Assembly (NCBI GenBank): GCA_038087875.1
Contig: CM075992.1
Span: 2,606,001-2,670,000 of the forward strand
From: Malacoraja senta
Lineage: Eukaryota
Direction: 5' to 3'
Length of the DNA stretch: 64,000 bases
Part shown: in pieces, positions 1-10,936 of the stretch
Numbering within the stretch: the first letter of the stretch is position 1
How the letters are laid out: each line of letters begins with the position of its first letter
The notes under the pieces: generated by a model
Told to the model about the DNA's origin: nothing
What the model saw: the letters and a program-made list of their open reading frames with translations, nothing else
Database searches by the model: none
Made by a program: the position numbers and the translations under genes

Positions 1-618
1 TGTAGAACCATAACCAAGTCCAATAGCATCGATTCCAGCACCATTTAGTTGCAGTGAAGCCCAGGCCAACAACTAATTAACTCCAACTCAACATTAGAAT
101 CAGATGTGTGGTGACCTGACAATACTGTAACATTAGAACCACCCAGGAAGTCTAGCTTTGATTCTGTATGTATTTGCATTCAGACCTTTCCAGGTAGTTT
201 CAGAGCAGAAGTCATTTCCTTTACATACAAGATAATGATCGGATAGGGGGCTTTTTCTTGCTCTAGATTTTAGTTTCAGAACTTGTCCCGTACATGCTGA
301 GGTGAGAATTACAATTAAAACACAAAGTACTTGTGTTATAACACCAAAATAAGCGCTCAACCAAGAAAACCAAGCCCAAAACCCAAGTCGTTTTTGCACT
401 GATTATACACACACGTGTGCTAAGGACAATAACTAACTCCATATGCAATAATCAGCTACCTACATGTTAGCAAGAAAATTAAAAAAACGATGCAAGTATA
501 TCATTGGGGTTAGACACAAAAAACTGGAGTAACTCAGTGGGACAGGCAGCAGGAAAGAAGGAATGGGTGACGTCTGGAGAGAAGGAATGGGTGACGTCTT
601 GGGTCGAGACACTTCAAG

Positions 619-1016
619 CAAAGATCCTATAGCGGATCAAGATAGACCACTCCTGCTAAATGCAATGGGCTGACGTGTAGTATGCAACGGAGCGGAACGT
701 GGGCCTTTTTTTCATCCATTTCAGTAACCCAACCCGACTCGCAGTGTAATCAACGTTGCGGGGGGAACAGTTTGTGTTAATAAACTATAATTCTGAAAAT
801 GAGAAGATTTTTACCAAAGAACTTTTTTTTTATGAGGATGTTTCCGTAACCGGCTTCCGTCTCCGCACTAGTATCTTTGCTCCGCTATGGGATCTTTGGT
901 GCGGAGACGGAAGCCGGTTACGGAAATGGGGCTGAAAATTACCCCATGAATCTGCCCATGACCGTTACTACGTCTTTTTCGTCGAGTGGGGCGATTTGCT
1001 TGCTATAGAATCTTTG
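619..1016. mobile_element. Non-autonomous DNA transposon (MITE) with 8-bp TSD, hAT- or P-like
   Basis: TIRs CAAAGATCCTATAGC / GCTATAGAATCTTTG (14 of 15 matches). Exact TSD ACTTCAAG at 611-618 and 1017-1024. Internal 28-bp perfect inverted repeat. Confidence 0.85.
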
Positions 1017-1374
1017 ACTTCAAGTGGGCACCTTCCTTCACTGGTGTTTCATTGAGTTAGGTCCAGCACCTTGGGAAGGCTCAACAATTAGTTCCTGTGT
1101 CCAGAACCACCCCCCTCAATACCTGCCCTCACCACCTATGCTACTAGTATCGACTCAATGGAGGAAACGACAGATGATTAATTCACTTCAAACAAACAGA
1201 TGGGTTGTCAAAGGAGCCCACTCAAGCTGACAAGCCCACTGCGTACCCATTTGGAGAAACGACAAGCAAAATAACAATCAGATGTTTAGTCCTAATTCGA
1301 CCAGAGGTATTCAAGAGAAAAATGTCACCAGAATAATCTGATGGGGAAACACAAAGGAGGGCATCTTAGCCACA

Positions 1375-1601
1375 GTAGACAAAATTGCTGGAGAAACTCA
1401 GTGGGTGAGGCAGCATCTATGGAGCGAAGGAAATAGGCAACGTTTCGGGCAGAAACCCTTCTTCAGTCCGGTTTGAAGAAGGGTTTCGGCCCAAAACGTT
1501 GCCTATTTCCTTCGCTCCATAGATGCTGCCGTATCCGCTGAGTTTCTCCAGCAATTTAGTCTACCTTCGATTTTCCAGCATCTGCAGTTCCTTCTTGAAC
1601 A
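1375..1601. mobile_element. Palindromic Penelope-derived short repeat
   Basis: Two inverted arms of about 95 bp (gtagacaaaattgctggagaaactc...cccttcttca / tgaagaaggg...ccagcaatttagtctac) plus the tail cagcatctgcagttcc. Same family as 33686-34160. Confidence 0.75.
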
Positions 1602-1680
1602 TCTTATCCACATGTTGATTGTAAGTTACTGTCTGTGATATCACAATCAGTGAGTTAACCCAGTTCTCTGCCTCTTGCAG

Positions 1681-1748
1681 CAAAAAGTTTCTATGGGAAG
1701 AATGCGAATCATTGCATAAAGAAATAGAGCAAATTAACAGAAAGCTAA
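1681..1748 (+). CDS. CCDC159: CCDC159 exon (KKFLWEECESLHKEIEQINRKL)
   Basis: Acceptor ctctgcctcttgcag, donor gtgagt; 68 nt, phase 2 to 1. Confidence 0.85.
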
Positions 1749-4167
1749 GTGAGTATCCGTTGCCTCCTCTTTGTATGATGTTAATCGGGTTGATAAACAA
1801 ATACATAGCCATGATCAGCCATGATCACATTGAATGGCGGTGCAGGCTCGAAGGGCCGAATGGCCTACTCCTGCACCTATTTTCTATGTTTCTATAGCCT
1901 GAATTGGATCCAGACCGGGAAATTAGATTTACTGAATGCTAAAGACTTCTGAAATTAAAATGAAAATAAATATTTTTCATTCCTTTTGTGTTGCAGCTAT
2001 TCAAGAGGATGATCTGTTAAGTAGTTTGACAGATTGCAAAATACTCAGGCAGAACCAAAAGAAATATAATCAGGTACAGCAACATGATAAACACTCAATT
2101 TACTCTTTATTTTGTTCCTTGGTCAGCTGTTCCTAAAGGAGCTTCAGAACTGATCCAAATCCCAGTTAGACTTAACGAGTCTCGCAGCATGGAAACATGC
2201 CCTTTCAACCCAACCAGTCCACACCACCAGGGTGCCTTCCTGAGGTGGTCCTATTTGCCTGCATTTGGCCATTAACCTATGGTGTTATTCTTACGGGTGA
2301 CATTAGACTGTGAAGATAACGTCCTGTAATTCTTTATTCCCATCCAGATTCTAGAAAGACTAATACAAAGATGCAGGCAAATACAGTCACTGGATCCTGA
2401 ACAGGAGCTAAAAGACATTAAGTACGTGGCAGAACAACAGGTTCAAATGTAGTTAATGTGAAAGAGTGGGTAGGAAAATGCTGAAGGCCAGGATATTTAT
2501 GCCTGGCAGAGGTGACTCGAAAGACCGTATGGCTAACATATGGGGAGCGTTTGATGGCTGAGCCTGTACTCACTGGAGTTTAAAAGGATGAGGGTGGATC
2601 TCAGTGAAGCCTCATTGAAACAATGAAAGGCCTAGATAGAGTGGATGTGGAGAGAATGCTTCTACTAGTGGGACAGTCCAGAACCAGAGGGCACAGCCTC
2701 GGAATAAAAGGATGTACCTTTCAAATGGAGATGAGGAGGAATTTCTTTAGCCAGAGGGTGGTGAATCTGTAGAATTAATTACCATGGACAGGTGAAGGCC
2801 AAGTCATTGGGTATTTTTAAAGCGGAGATTGGTAGGTTCTGGATTATAAGGGTATCAAAGGTTACAGGGAGAAGGCAGGAGAATGGGGTTGAGAGGGAAA
2901 AATAGATCAGCCATGATCGAATGGTGGAACAAACTCAATGAGCTGAATGGCCTAATTCTGCTCCTCTGTCTTATGGTTGTGGATGTCTCTTCCCAATTCC
3001 TTTGTCATAATGGCATGAGATTGAACTGCCTGTTGATAATGCACCAACTATGTTGATCCTGATCAGTCTATATAATAAGAAACGCTATAAATACAGGGTT
3101 AAGAAGAGAGAACATGCGCCAGTCTCCTTGCCCTCCTCGGACACTGTGGACTGCGAAGGAGGAATTAAACTTGGCTGGGAAAATGGATCGTTTTACCCAG
3201 GGTCATACACTTAGTGAGGACAGGCCATAGATAGCACCTTCAGAGGGAGCAGAGAAAATTGGAACCAAAGTGTGGGGTAAAGATTGAATAGAAGGGGTAT
3301 AATAGAGTGACCTCTATCAGGTCTCTTAACCTTTAATGTTGCCCACTTGTATTTCAATGTAGGCTGGCAATGGTCGATATGCAGGAGCAGATTCAGAACC
3401 TGTGCTATTCCAGCAAAGGAACCACGACCGTAGCCAAGATTAAGAGAGGTCAGTCTCCGGACTTCACTCAGTCAATGACTTTATGACCTTACTTAAAAAG
3501 AAAAATCATAGTTAAAGATAATTTATCTCGCTTGAAAAGGAAAGCAGAGCACAAAACTCAAAACACATCCACAATCCATTCATGGGTGCATGTTGGTAAT
3601 CTTCATGTTGTGAGTATGTGCTCCCTGATCGTTTTTGGCCATTTGCTTTCATTGGTTTAGTTTATACAGAGATACAGAGCGGACACAGGCCTTTCGGCCC
3701 ACCGAGCCTGCGCCGACCAACGATCCCCCTACACAACCACTACCCTACACACAAGGGACAATTTACAACCAAAGCCAGTTAACCTTCAACCTGCACATCT
3801 TTGGAATGTGGGAGGAAGTCGGAGCACCTGGAGAAAGCCCTCCCATGGAACAGAAGGTCCACAGCCCAAACCTAGGTGTTGTATACCTGCTGAACTAAGC
3901 CCAACCAAACAGAGGGCAGCCTAATATTTTACCGAAAGAGCCTCCCCATTTAAATATGTGCAGGCTGTAGCCTAATAGTAACCTCTTGCCCAATGATTTC
4001 TTCGACATTTGGTTGCAGTCAACTAAATCGACCCTTTTCTGCGCACTGCAAACATATCAAGAAAAAGTGTGCTAATAAAACAGGATTTCTCTTTAACAGG
4101 TAGATGTATTGATAACACAAGGAAAGAGTTGATGGTGAAACAAATGTGCAATACTTCAGATTCTGAG
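1681..4167 (+). CDS. CCDC159: Coiled-coil domain-containing protein 159, partial (5 internal exons: 1681-1748, 1997-2073, 2348-2421, 3363-3448, 4100-4167)
   Basis: Five AG/GT-bounded exons with consistent phases (2-1-0-2-1-0) translate to (S)KKFLWEECESLHKEIEQINRKLTIQEDDLLSSLTDCKILRQNQKKYNQILERLIQRCRQIQSLDPEQELKDIKLAMVDMQEQIQNLCYSSKGTTTVAKIKRGRCIDNTRKELMVKQMCNTSDSE. The KKFLWEE...QKL...QED... and ELxDI segments match human CCDC159 as I recall it. Human CCDC159 lies on 19p13.2 with ATG4D and TYK2. 5' exons were not found in the window and the last exon(s) are unresolved. Confidence 0.8.
1997..2073 (+). CDS. CCDC159: CCDC159 exon (TIQEDDLLSSLTDCKILRQNQKKYNQ)
   Basis: Acceptor ttttgtgttgcag, donor gtacag; 77 nt, phase 1 to 0. 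Confidence 0.8.
2348..2421 (+). CDS. CCDC159: CCDC159 exon (ILERLIQRCRQIQSLDPEQELKDI)
   Basis: Acceptor tttattcccatccag, donor gtacgt; 74 nt, phase 0 to 2. Confidence 0.75.
2505..2975 (+). mobile_element. CR1/HER1-like LINE 3' fragment (degenerate)
   Basis: Similar to the 3' end of the CR1 copy at 19678-20878 (gggcacagcct, gtggtgaatctgt, gatcagccatgat, ggcctaattctgctcct). Confidence 0.8.
3363..3448 (+). CDS. CCDC159: CCDC159 exon (KLAMVDMQEQIQNLCYSSKGTTTVAKIKR)
   Basis: Acceptor gtatttcaatgtag, donor gtcagt; 86 nt, phase 2 to 1, open frame. Confidence 0.7.
4100..4167 (+). CDS. CCDC159: CCDC159 exon (GRCIDNTRKELMVKQMCNTSDSE)
   Basis: Acceptor tttctctttaacag, consensus donor GAG|gtaagt; 68 nt, open only in the phase required by the previous exon. 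Confidence 0.6.
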
Positions 4168-4218
4168 GTAAGTTGAATGCTCAGTGTTATGAATTCCCAA
4201 CTGCTCTCCCTCGTATTG

Positions 4219-4715
4219 TCTTCTTCTTAAGCCCTTTGCTCCTCTAGGGAGCACAGGCCATTGACAAATGTCCTCCACCTCGGTTGTTGGCAGTTCTTTC
4301 GAGTTCTCCCCAGTTGAGCCCACTCTCAGACATTTCTGTCTGGACACCTCTTCCTGAGGCAACTCCTTTTTCCTTGGGTTTCCATTTCCGGGGCTTGCCG
4401 GTGATGTTTGTAGCAGGTTTCCTGCGGATGTGTCCAATCCAACTCCATTTTCTCATTCGAATTTATAAGTCTTGTTCTTTTCCACAGGTCCACATTGCTT
4501 ATTTTGTCTTTCCACCAGATGTTAAGTATTCTCCTAAGGCAGGTGTTGGTGAATGTTTGCAGCCTGTTTGTAGTGTGTTTTGTTGTTTTCCGTGTCTCTG
4601 ATCCATACAGCATCACCTGTTTCACATGCGAGTTAAAGATGCGTATTTTGGTGTTGATTGAGATGTGTTTTGAGCTCCAGATCTTCCTGAGCATGTTAAA
4701 CTCCACCCTAGCCTT
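4219..4715 (-). mobile_element. RTE-clade LINE 3' fragment
   Basis: Translation RINKAR...LRKIWSSKHISINTKIRIFNSHVKQVMLYGSET...CLRRILNIWWKDKISNVDLW, then frameshifted RKWSWIGHIRRK...GKRKRGxPQ-like; short (AAG)n tail. Confidence 0.85.
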
Positions 4716-7700
4716 ATTGATTCTGCACCCCCTTATAATTACTGGATTAACTGTGGGCAAAACCTGCCACCTAGTACAAGTAAGGATACAGTGCGCTGGC
4801 GTAACTCAGTGGGTCAGGCAGCATCTCTAGGGAACATGGATAGGTGACGTTTCGGGTTGGGACTCTTCTTCAGATGGATCCGAAACATCACCTATCCATG
4901 TTCTCCTGCGATGCTGCCTGACTCGCTGAGTTACTCCAGCACTATGTGTCTTTATTTTGAAAACCCGCATCTACAGTTCCTTGTTTACACCTATCTGAAG
5001 TAGTTGAGTTAATAAAAAGCCCCCAGAGAGCCCTTGTCAGGAGAAGGTAGATAAAAGTGCTGGAGAAACTCAGCGGGTGCAGCAGCATCTATGGAGCGAA
5101 GGAAATAGGCAACGTTTCGGGCCGAAACCCTTCTTCAGACTGCTTAAGTTAAACACCTTGTCAGGAGAAGATTACTATCAAGTCCTTTTGCAGAATTTGC
5201 AATCTCCTTTTTATCTACTATTTCCCATTGCAAAGTATTCGTTGACATGAAAATAAAGTCACTGTAAATCTGAAATATGGACCAAAAAAAGGCTGAAAAT
5301 GCAGCATCTGTTGAAAGAGACAGTAAACATTTCAAGATGAAGGTCTTCAGAAGCACGATGATTGTTAATTGTAATTAAACTTGCTTTCTCACTTTCCCAG
5401 TTCTGAGGAAAGGTCTTTGACCTAAACATTCACTCCATTTCATTTTTCACAGATGCTGCTTGTCTGGCTGTTTTGGGCATTTTCTATCTTTAAATTGGTG
5501 ATAGGAGCCTACGTTCCTGAACCAGCCCAACGCCACATTTCTCTTACGCAGTACAATTCTTCCCTACACACCACACTGGCAATTCCGGTCTCAACAACTC
5601 ACAAACAGGAAAATGCACCCTCAGACCTCCAGGTTGTAGTTTAAAGTATACCTCGACCATGACTATACAAAATAGATGAACATCACATCCTCTCACTGGA
5701 GTCTGCCACTCTGCTGCTGCAGTTTAGAAGGATGAGGGCAGATCTCATTGAAACCTACCGAACATTGAAAGGCCTAGATAGTGTGGATGGGGAGAAGATG
5801 TTAGCCAGAGGGTGGTGAATCTGTGGAATTCATGGCCACAGACAGCTAGAGCAGGCAAGTCATTGGATATTATTAAAGGGAAGATTGATGGGTTCTTGAT
5901 TGGTAAGGGCTTTAAAGATTATGAAGGGAAGGAAGGAGAAGGGGGTTGAGGAAAAATAGAATAACCATAAAGTCAAGTGATAAATAGAGAATTAGGCCAT
6001 TCAGCCCATCAAGTCTACTCTGCCATTCAAACATGGCTGATCTCTCTCTCCTAATCCTATTATCTTGCCTTCTCCCCATAACCTCTGACACCTGTACTAA
6101 TCAAGAATCTATCTATCTCTGCCGTAAAAATATCCACTGAGGAAAGGTCTTGATCGAATGGCAGTGCAGGCTCGATGGGCCAAATGGCCTAATTCTGCTC
6201 CTATGTCTAATAGTCTCTCTCTCTTCACGTCTGTAACTCAGGCTGGTGGAGAGTTAGATGGCGTGCTTGTCAGTTGAACAACTGTATTATATATAAAGTA
6301 AATAGTACTAAATCTAGCCATTGCAATTGGAGGATTTGTCCTGGAGTGTACCAATGCAATTATTCGACCTTCACCAGGAACCCATGGATGGCCCACAACA
6401 TTAACTCACATTTCATAGAGAACCTCTTCACCAGCCTGTGATTTTTGTGTTAGGATCTCCCAACATAACCCAAAGCGAGTTGAGTGGAGAGATACCCACT
6501 AGCCCAGTATCTTGCTGGATGTCAGCTGAGAATTCAGAAGCAGAGCTTGGATCTTTACTCATCAGGAATGTCCAGTGTATCTATACAATGCAAAAGGCTC
6601 GATTGTAATAATGTATTGTCTTTCCGCTGACTGGCTAGCAAGCAACAAAAGCTTTTCACTGTACCTCGGTACACGTGACAATCAACTAAACTGTAAGTGG
6701 GGCTTGATCCTTCAAACTCAGATGGGAGTTAGATCACTAAACCAGCATTTGCACCAGAATTCAAAGAAAGAAAGGCTTGCATTTCCATAGCATCTTTCAC
6801 AATCTCAAAATGTCGCAACCAACTCTGCAACAAATGCCAACCGATTGCTCCGCGGTTAGAAATATAAACCTTACCGTGACTCAGCAGCGTAGAGCCATCA
6901 TCTCCTTTGGTTCATCAGCTGGATTTTCTGACAAGAACAGCAACGGGGTGAAATTAATAGACAAGCAATACATCTTATGGGCCGGTTCAATACCAGCTCC
7001 ATATAACCATGCAATTAAAATGATGTCCATTTAGGTTAGTAAAGCAAGTCACAAATCTATCTGGAAACCATTAACTGAGACTAATCTACTCAGAGAGGAA
7101 TAATAAGTACAATTGTTTATTGCCGTTTGTTCCTCTCCCAAGAATTTCTTCCTCTGCCTCTCCCAAACCAAAAAGATTGAACTGTGTCATTGTACATTTC
7201 AAATGAGTTGATTTTGGATAATTCAAGATGAACACGGAAAAAATAAGGGAAACTGTCCCCTCACCTGGGAGGTCAATAAAATGGGGAATAGATTTATGGT
7301 AATTCGTAGCATGATGACAAGGGGAATTTGCAGGTGGGGAGTCAGAAACGATTGCCTGAAAATTGAAGATGGAAGCAAACACCCCTCATAACATTTCTCA
7401 AGTCTCTACCTGATGTAGCACAACTGTGTTAAAGAGATGAGCAGATGGGATGTGAGATTAATGAGATTATAGGTGGCATAGACATGAGGTGAATGGCTCT
7501 CCATTGTCCTCCAGATTTCAGTCATTCTAAGATACTCCGACAAAAAGCTCAATCAAACAGTTCTATAGTTATCTTAATGATGTACAATCTATCCATACAT
7601 TTAGGCATGCACTTGTCCATGAGATTAAAGGAAAAAACTACTCCTTTTTCTCCTTGACCGATTCACTTCTTCTTGCATATGGCGTGCACAGCCTAAAGTT

Positions 7701-8340
7701 GTAGATCAAGTAGTCATCCAGGCCAGGACAGCATCAGTTACTGGGTGGAGGGCTTTGATGCCCCCAGGGATGCCTCAGTGGGCAGTCATTCACGATGTGT
7801 GGTCTGGTTGTCCGCAGGGGCTGCCTGTCATCCCCCACTTATGCAGGTGATGGGCTGTTCTTGCATGGAGGGCGCGGATTCTGCCGATTTACTGCATCAT
7901 TTTAATAGCACTCATGACTGACTGAGCCTTTCCTTTCTGTTTATAGACTGATACATGGTAAAAGAGTTCAAGAGCAAGCTTTTGACGGCTGCTGCTGCCC
8001 ATAATTCCATCATCTTCGACCGACTGCCTAGACAACATCATAGTCAACATTATACCAGCAGCCAGATGCTCAATAAAGTGAAAATACACAAACGCCACAG
8101 CAGCTGGTTATTAGAGAGCTAGCAAAGTACTCTCATGCCTCAGGAGGTAGAAGTGCACTCTGGTAAGGGTCTCTATGCATAGGATCACTGCAAAACACAG
8201 CAGAGCTGGAGGAACTTTGAAGTCAACTTCACTCTCACGGGACCTCCAATTACTCCTTGACTCCAGATGTCTTACCAGATTGTCAAAAAGTTAGAAGCTA
8301 TTGAACCATGGACACCAATGTTTAACCATGTGGGACGTCC

Positions 8341-9002
8341 ATGGTGGCGCAGCAGTAGAGTTGCTGCCTTACAGCACCAGAGGCCTGAGTTCGATCCTGA
8401 CTACGGGTGCCGTCTGTACGGACCGCTTGTACGTTCACCCTGTGATCTTGTGAGTTTCCTCCAGGTGCTCCAGTTTCCTCCCACACTCCAAGACATAGAA
8501 ACATAGAAAATAGGTGCAGGAGGAGGCCATTCGACCTTCGAGCCAGCACCGCCATTCATTGTGATCATAGCTGATCGTCCCCCATCAATAACCCGTGCCT
8601 GCCTTCTCCCCATATCCCTTGACTCCACTAGCCCCTAGAACTCTAACTCTCTCTTAAATCCATCCAGTGATTCGGCCTCCACTGCCCTCTGTGGCAGGGA
8701 ATTCCATAAATTCACAACTCTCTGGGTTGAAAACGTTTTTTCTCACCTCAGTCTTAAATGACCTCCCCTTTATTCTAAGACTGGCCCCTGGTTCTGGACT
8801 CGCCCAACATTGGGAACAATTTTCCTGCATCTAGCTTGTCCAGTCCTTTTATAATTTTATATGTTTCTATAAGATCCCCCCCTCATCCTTCTAAACTAGT
8901 GTGTAGGATAGTGTTTTTAGTACAGGGATCGCCGGTCGGTGCGGACTCGGTGGCCGAAGGGCTTGTTTCCGTGCTGTTTATCTCTAAACTAAACTACACT
9001 AA
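8341..9002 (+). mobile_element. HE1-like V-SINE interrupted by a minus-strand CR1 3' fragment (about 8492-8895)
   Basis: tRNA-like head (ggtggcgcagcagtagag...gttcgatcc), V-domain (gtgctccagtttcctcccac), tail tctctaaactaaact. The insert begins with the CR1 (catagaaa)n tail. Confidence 0.8.
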
Positions 9003-10926
9003 ACCTACCAGCAGAGGGCACAAGTAAGCAGATCAGAGCAGCAATGTGCATTTCCTCCTGAAGCACAAAAATCCAGCCCCATTGTTCACATCCAGGCAGG
9101 TATAACATAAATCAACAAGACCAAAGCTCCCTCTGCAGTAGCCCGTTAATCACTTCCATGACAGGAACAGTAGGGATTAAATGCACAATAAATCTCCTTC
9201 TGCAGTTGCACACAGCAGAAAAAAGCTAACAGCCAGACCAATCATTCTGAGCTTTTCTTTCCCCCCCCACTGGTCATCCGAGTTTCCGAAAGGCCTTGAA
9301 TGAAGCTGTGAATTAGCAAGCAGTGCATTCATCCCGAAGGTTGCTGCTATTTTGGTTTTGATGAACAATTGGCTATACCTTCAATGACTCCATTTATATG
9401 GTCTGTTGAACCAGCGTCAAAAGTCAAAACATACAAAGTGGTTAAATTTTTTTTTTAAATTGGTGAGGGGAAAGATTATATCGCACTCGTAACATTTGTA
9501 GTGGTGAATTAGAAATACATAGCCAATTTAGCTCCCAAATTTTATGATTCTGATCCTGACGACTCGTACATCAGGAAGCAATCAACCCCACATTCCAAAA
9601 GCGAGGAGAGCACTGGAATAATGCCGCTCCACTCCTACTGCGGCAGCCTTGTAAAAGCAAAGCTGTTGATGCTTAAGTGGCCTAGATGCCTGTTGGAATT
9701 GCAACTTTTATAATGCCCTTCAGGATATCCCAAATCTCGTCCTTCTGAAGTATAGTGCTCGGAGTGTTACAAGAAATAAGCTGCAAGGAGACATTCCCCA
9801 CAGTTTTTAAATCTGCAAACAGGATACACGGACATACAGATCAACCAGGGTTCCTAGAGTGGAACGTTGGGAACACAACAGATCTGCGAAGAGATGCTGC
9901 CCCATTTATTTCTCCCACACCTTATAGAGTCATACAGGGTGGAAACGCCCTTCAGCCCAACTTGCCCACACCGGCCAACATGTCCCATCTACACTAGTCC
10001 CACCTACCTGCGTTTGGCCCATATCCCTCCAAACCTGTCCTATCCATGTACCTGTCTATTTGCTTCTTAAACGTTGGGATAGTCCCTGCCTCAACTACCT
10101 GCTCTGGCAGCTCGTTCCATAACCTTCTCGCCCAACTTTTGTTTTCACTTTCCCCATTGCTGACATCTTTGACCCGAAACCATAACGCCATTTCTCTTTG
10201 GAGGAAAGCTGCCTGATATGCCGGGCATTTCCAATGTTATTCTGTTTTTGTTTCAGTATCTACAGATTTTTGTTTTCTTTCTCACTAATGATCTCTGCTG
10301 TAAAGAGTTCTATGGAGAAATGGCTGGGCTGGTACATAACATTTGGTGACACCACCATCCATGAATTATCAGGATATAGCCAAGAAAAAAGGCTTTCAAA
10401 GTAACTTATTATTTTATGCTGAAATATAATTAAAATGTTCCCGTTACACATTGTTAACCGTAAAGTCATAAAAAATAGGAGCAGAATTAGGCTATTCGAC
10501 CCATCGAGTCTGCTCCGCCATTCGATCATGGCTGATCTATTTTCCCATTCTCCCTTCTCCCGATAACCCGACACCCTAAATAGTTTCATCTCATCTGCTC
10601 TTTCTCTTTAAACACCTCCAGTTATTGAATGACTCAAGGATCCTGGCCCAAATCATCCTCGAAGCTAAAACAATTCCTGTCATTGATTGCTATGTCCATG
10701 TATAGAAATATTTCATTCTCACTCTACAATAGTCCTTAATAGCCTTAAGCACGATTCTTATTCTCCTGTCTTGGAGTTATAATATTATTTCATGCTCATT
10801 CACAAACATCATGTGTTTTTATATCTCCAAGTTTATTCTAACTTCTTACCTTAGATTTTGAGTCAGACCTGTTAAATAAAACACCAAAAGCTGGAGAATA
10901 ACGATTGTCAATTGTGGATGATTCCA

Positions 10927-10936
10927 TTTATTTATT
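10927..10936 (-). terminator. Candidate poly(A) signal of ATG4D (overlapping AATAAATAAA)
   Basis: The first minus-strand AATAAA I could find downstream of the ATG4D stop. It is followed by a GU/U-rich tract (CTTTTGGTGTTTTATTT) and sits at the edge of a repeat-poor 5.5-kb block. Confidence 0.45.

Noticed and set aside
1375..1601. Palindromes as MITEs or miRNA precursors
   Set aside because: Variable TSD lengths, asymmetric arms and identity with a Penelope 3' repeat indicate retroelement origin.
6242..10400. Candidate last exons of CCDC159 (e.g. at 6242, about 6888, 9532, 9724, 10306)
   Set aside because: Several AG-bounded open frames exist but none could be tied to the gene by homology, so none is called as a feature.
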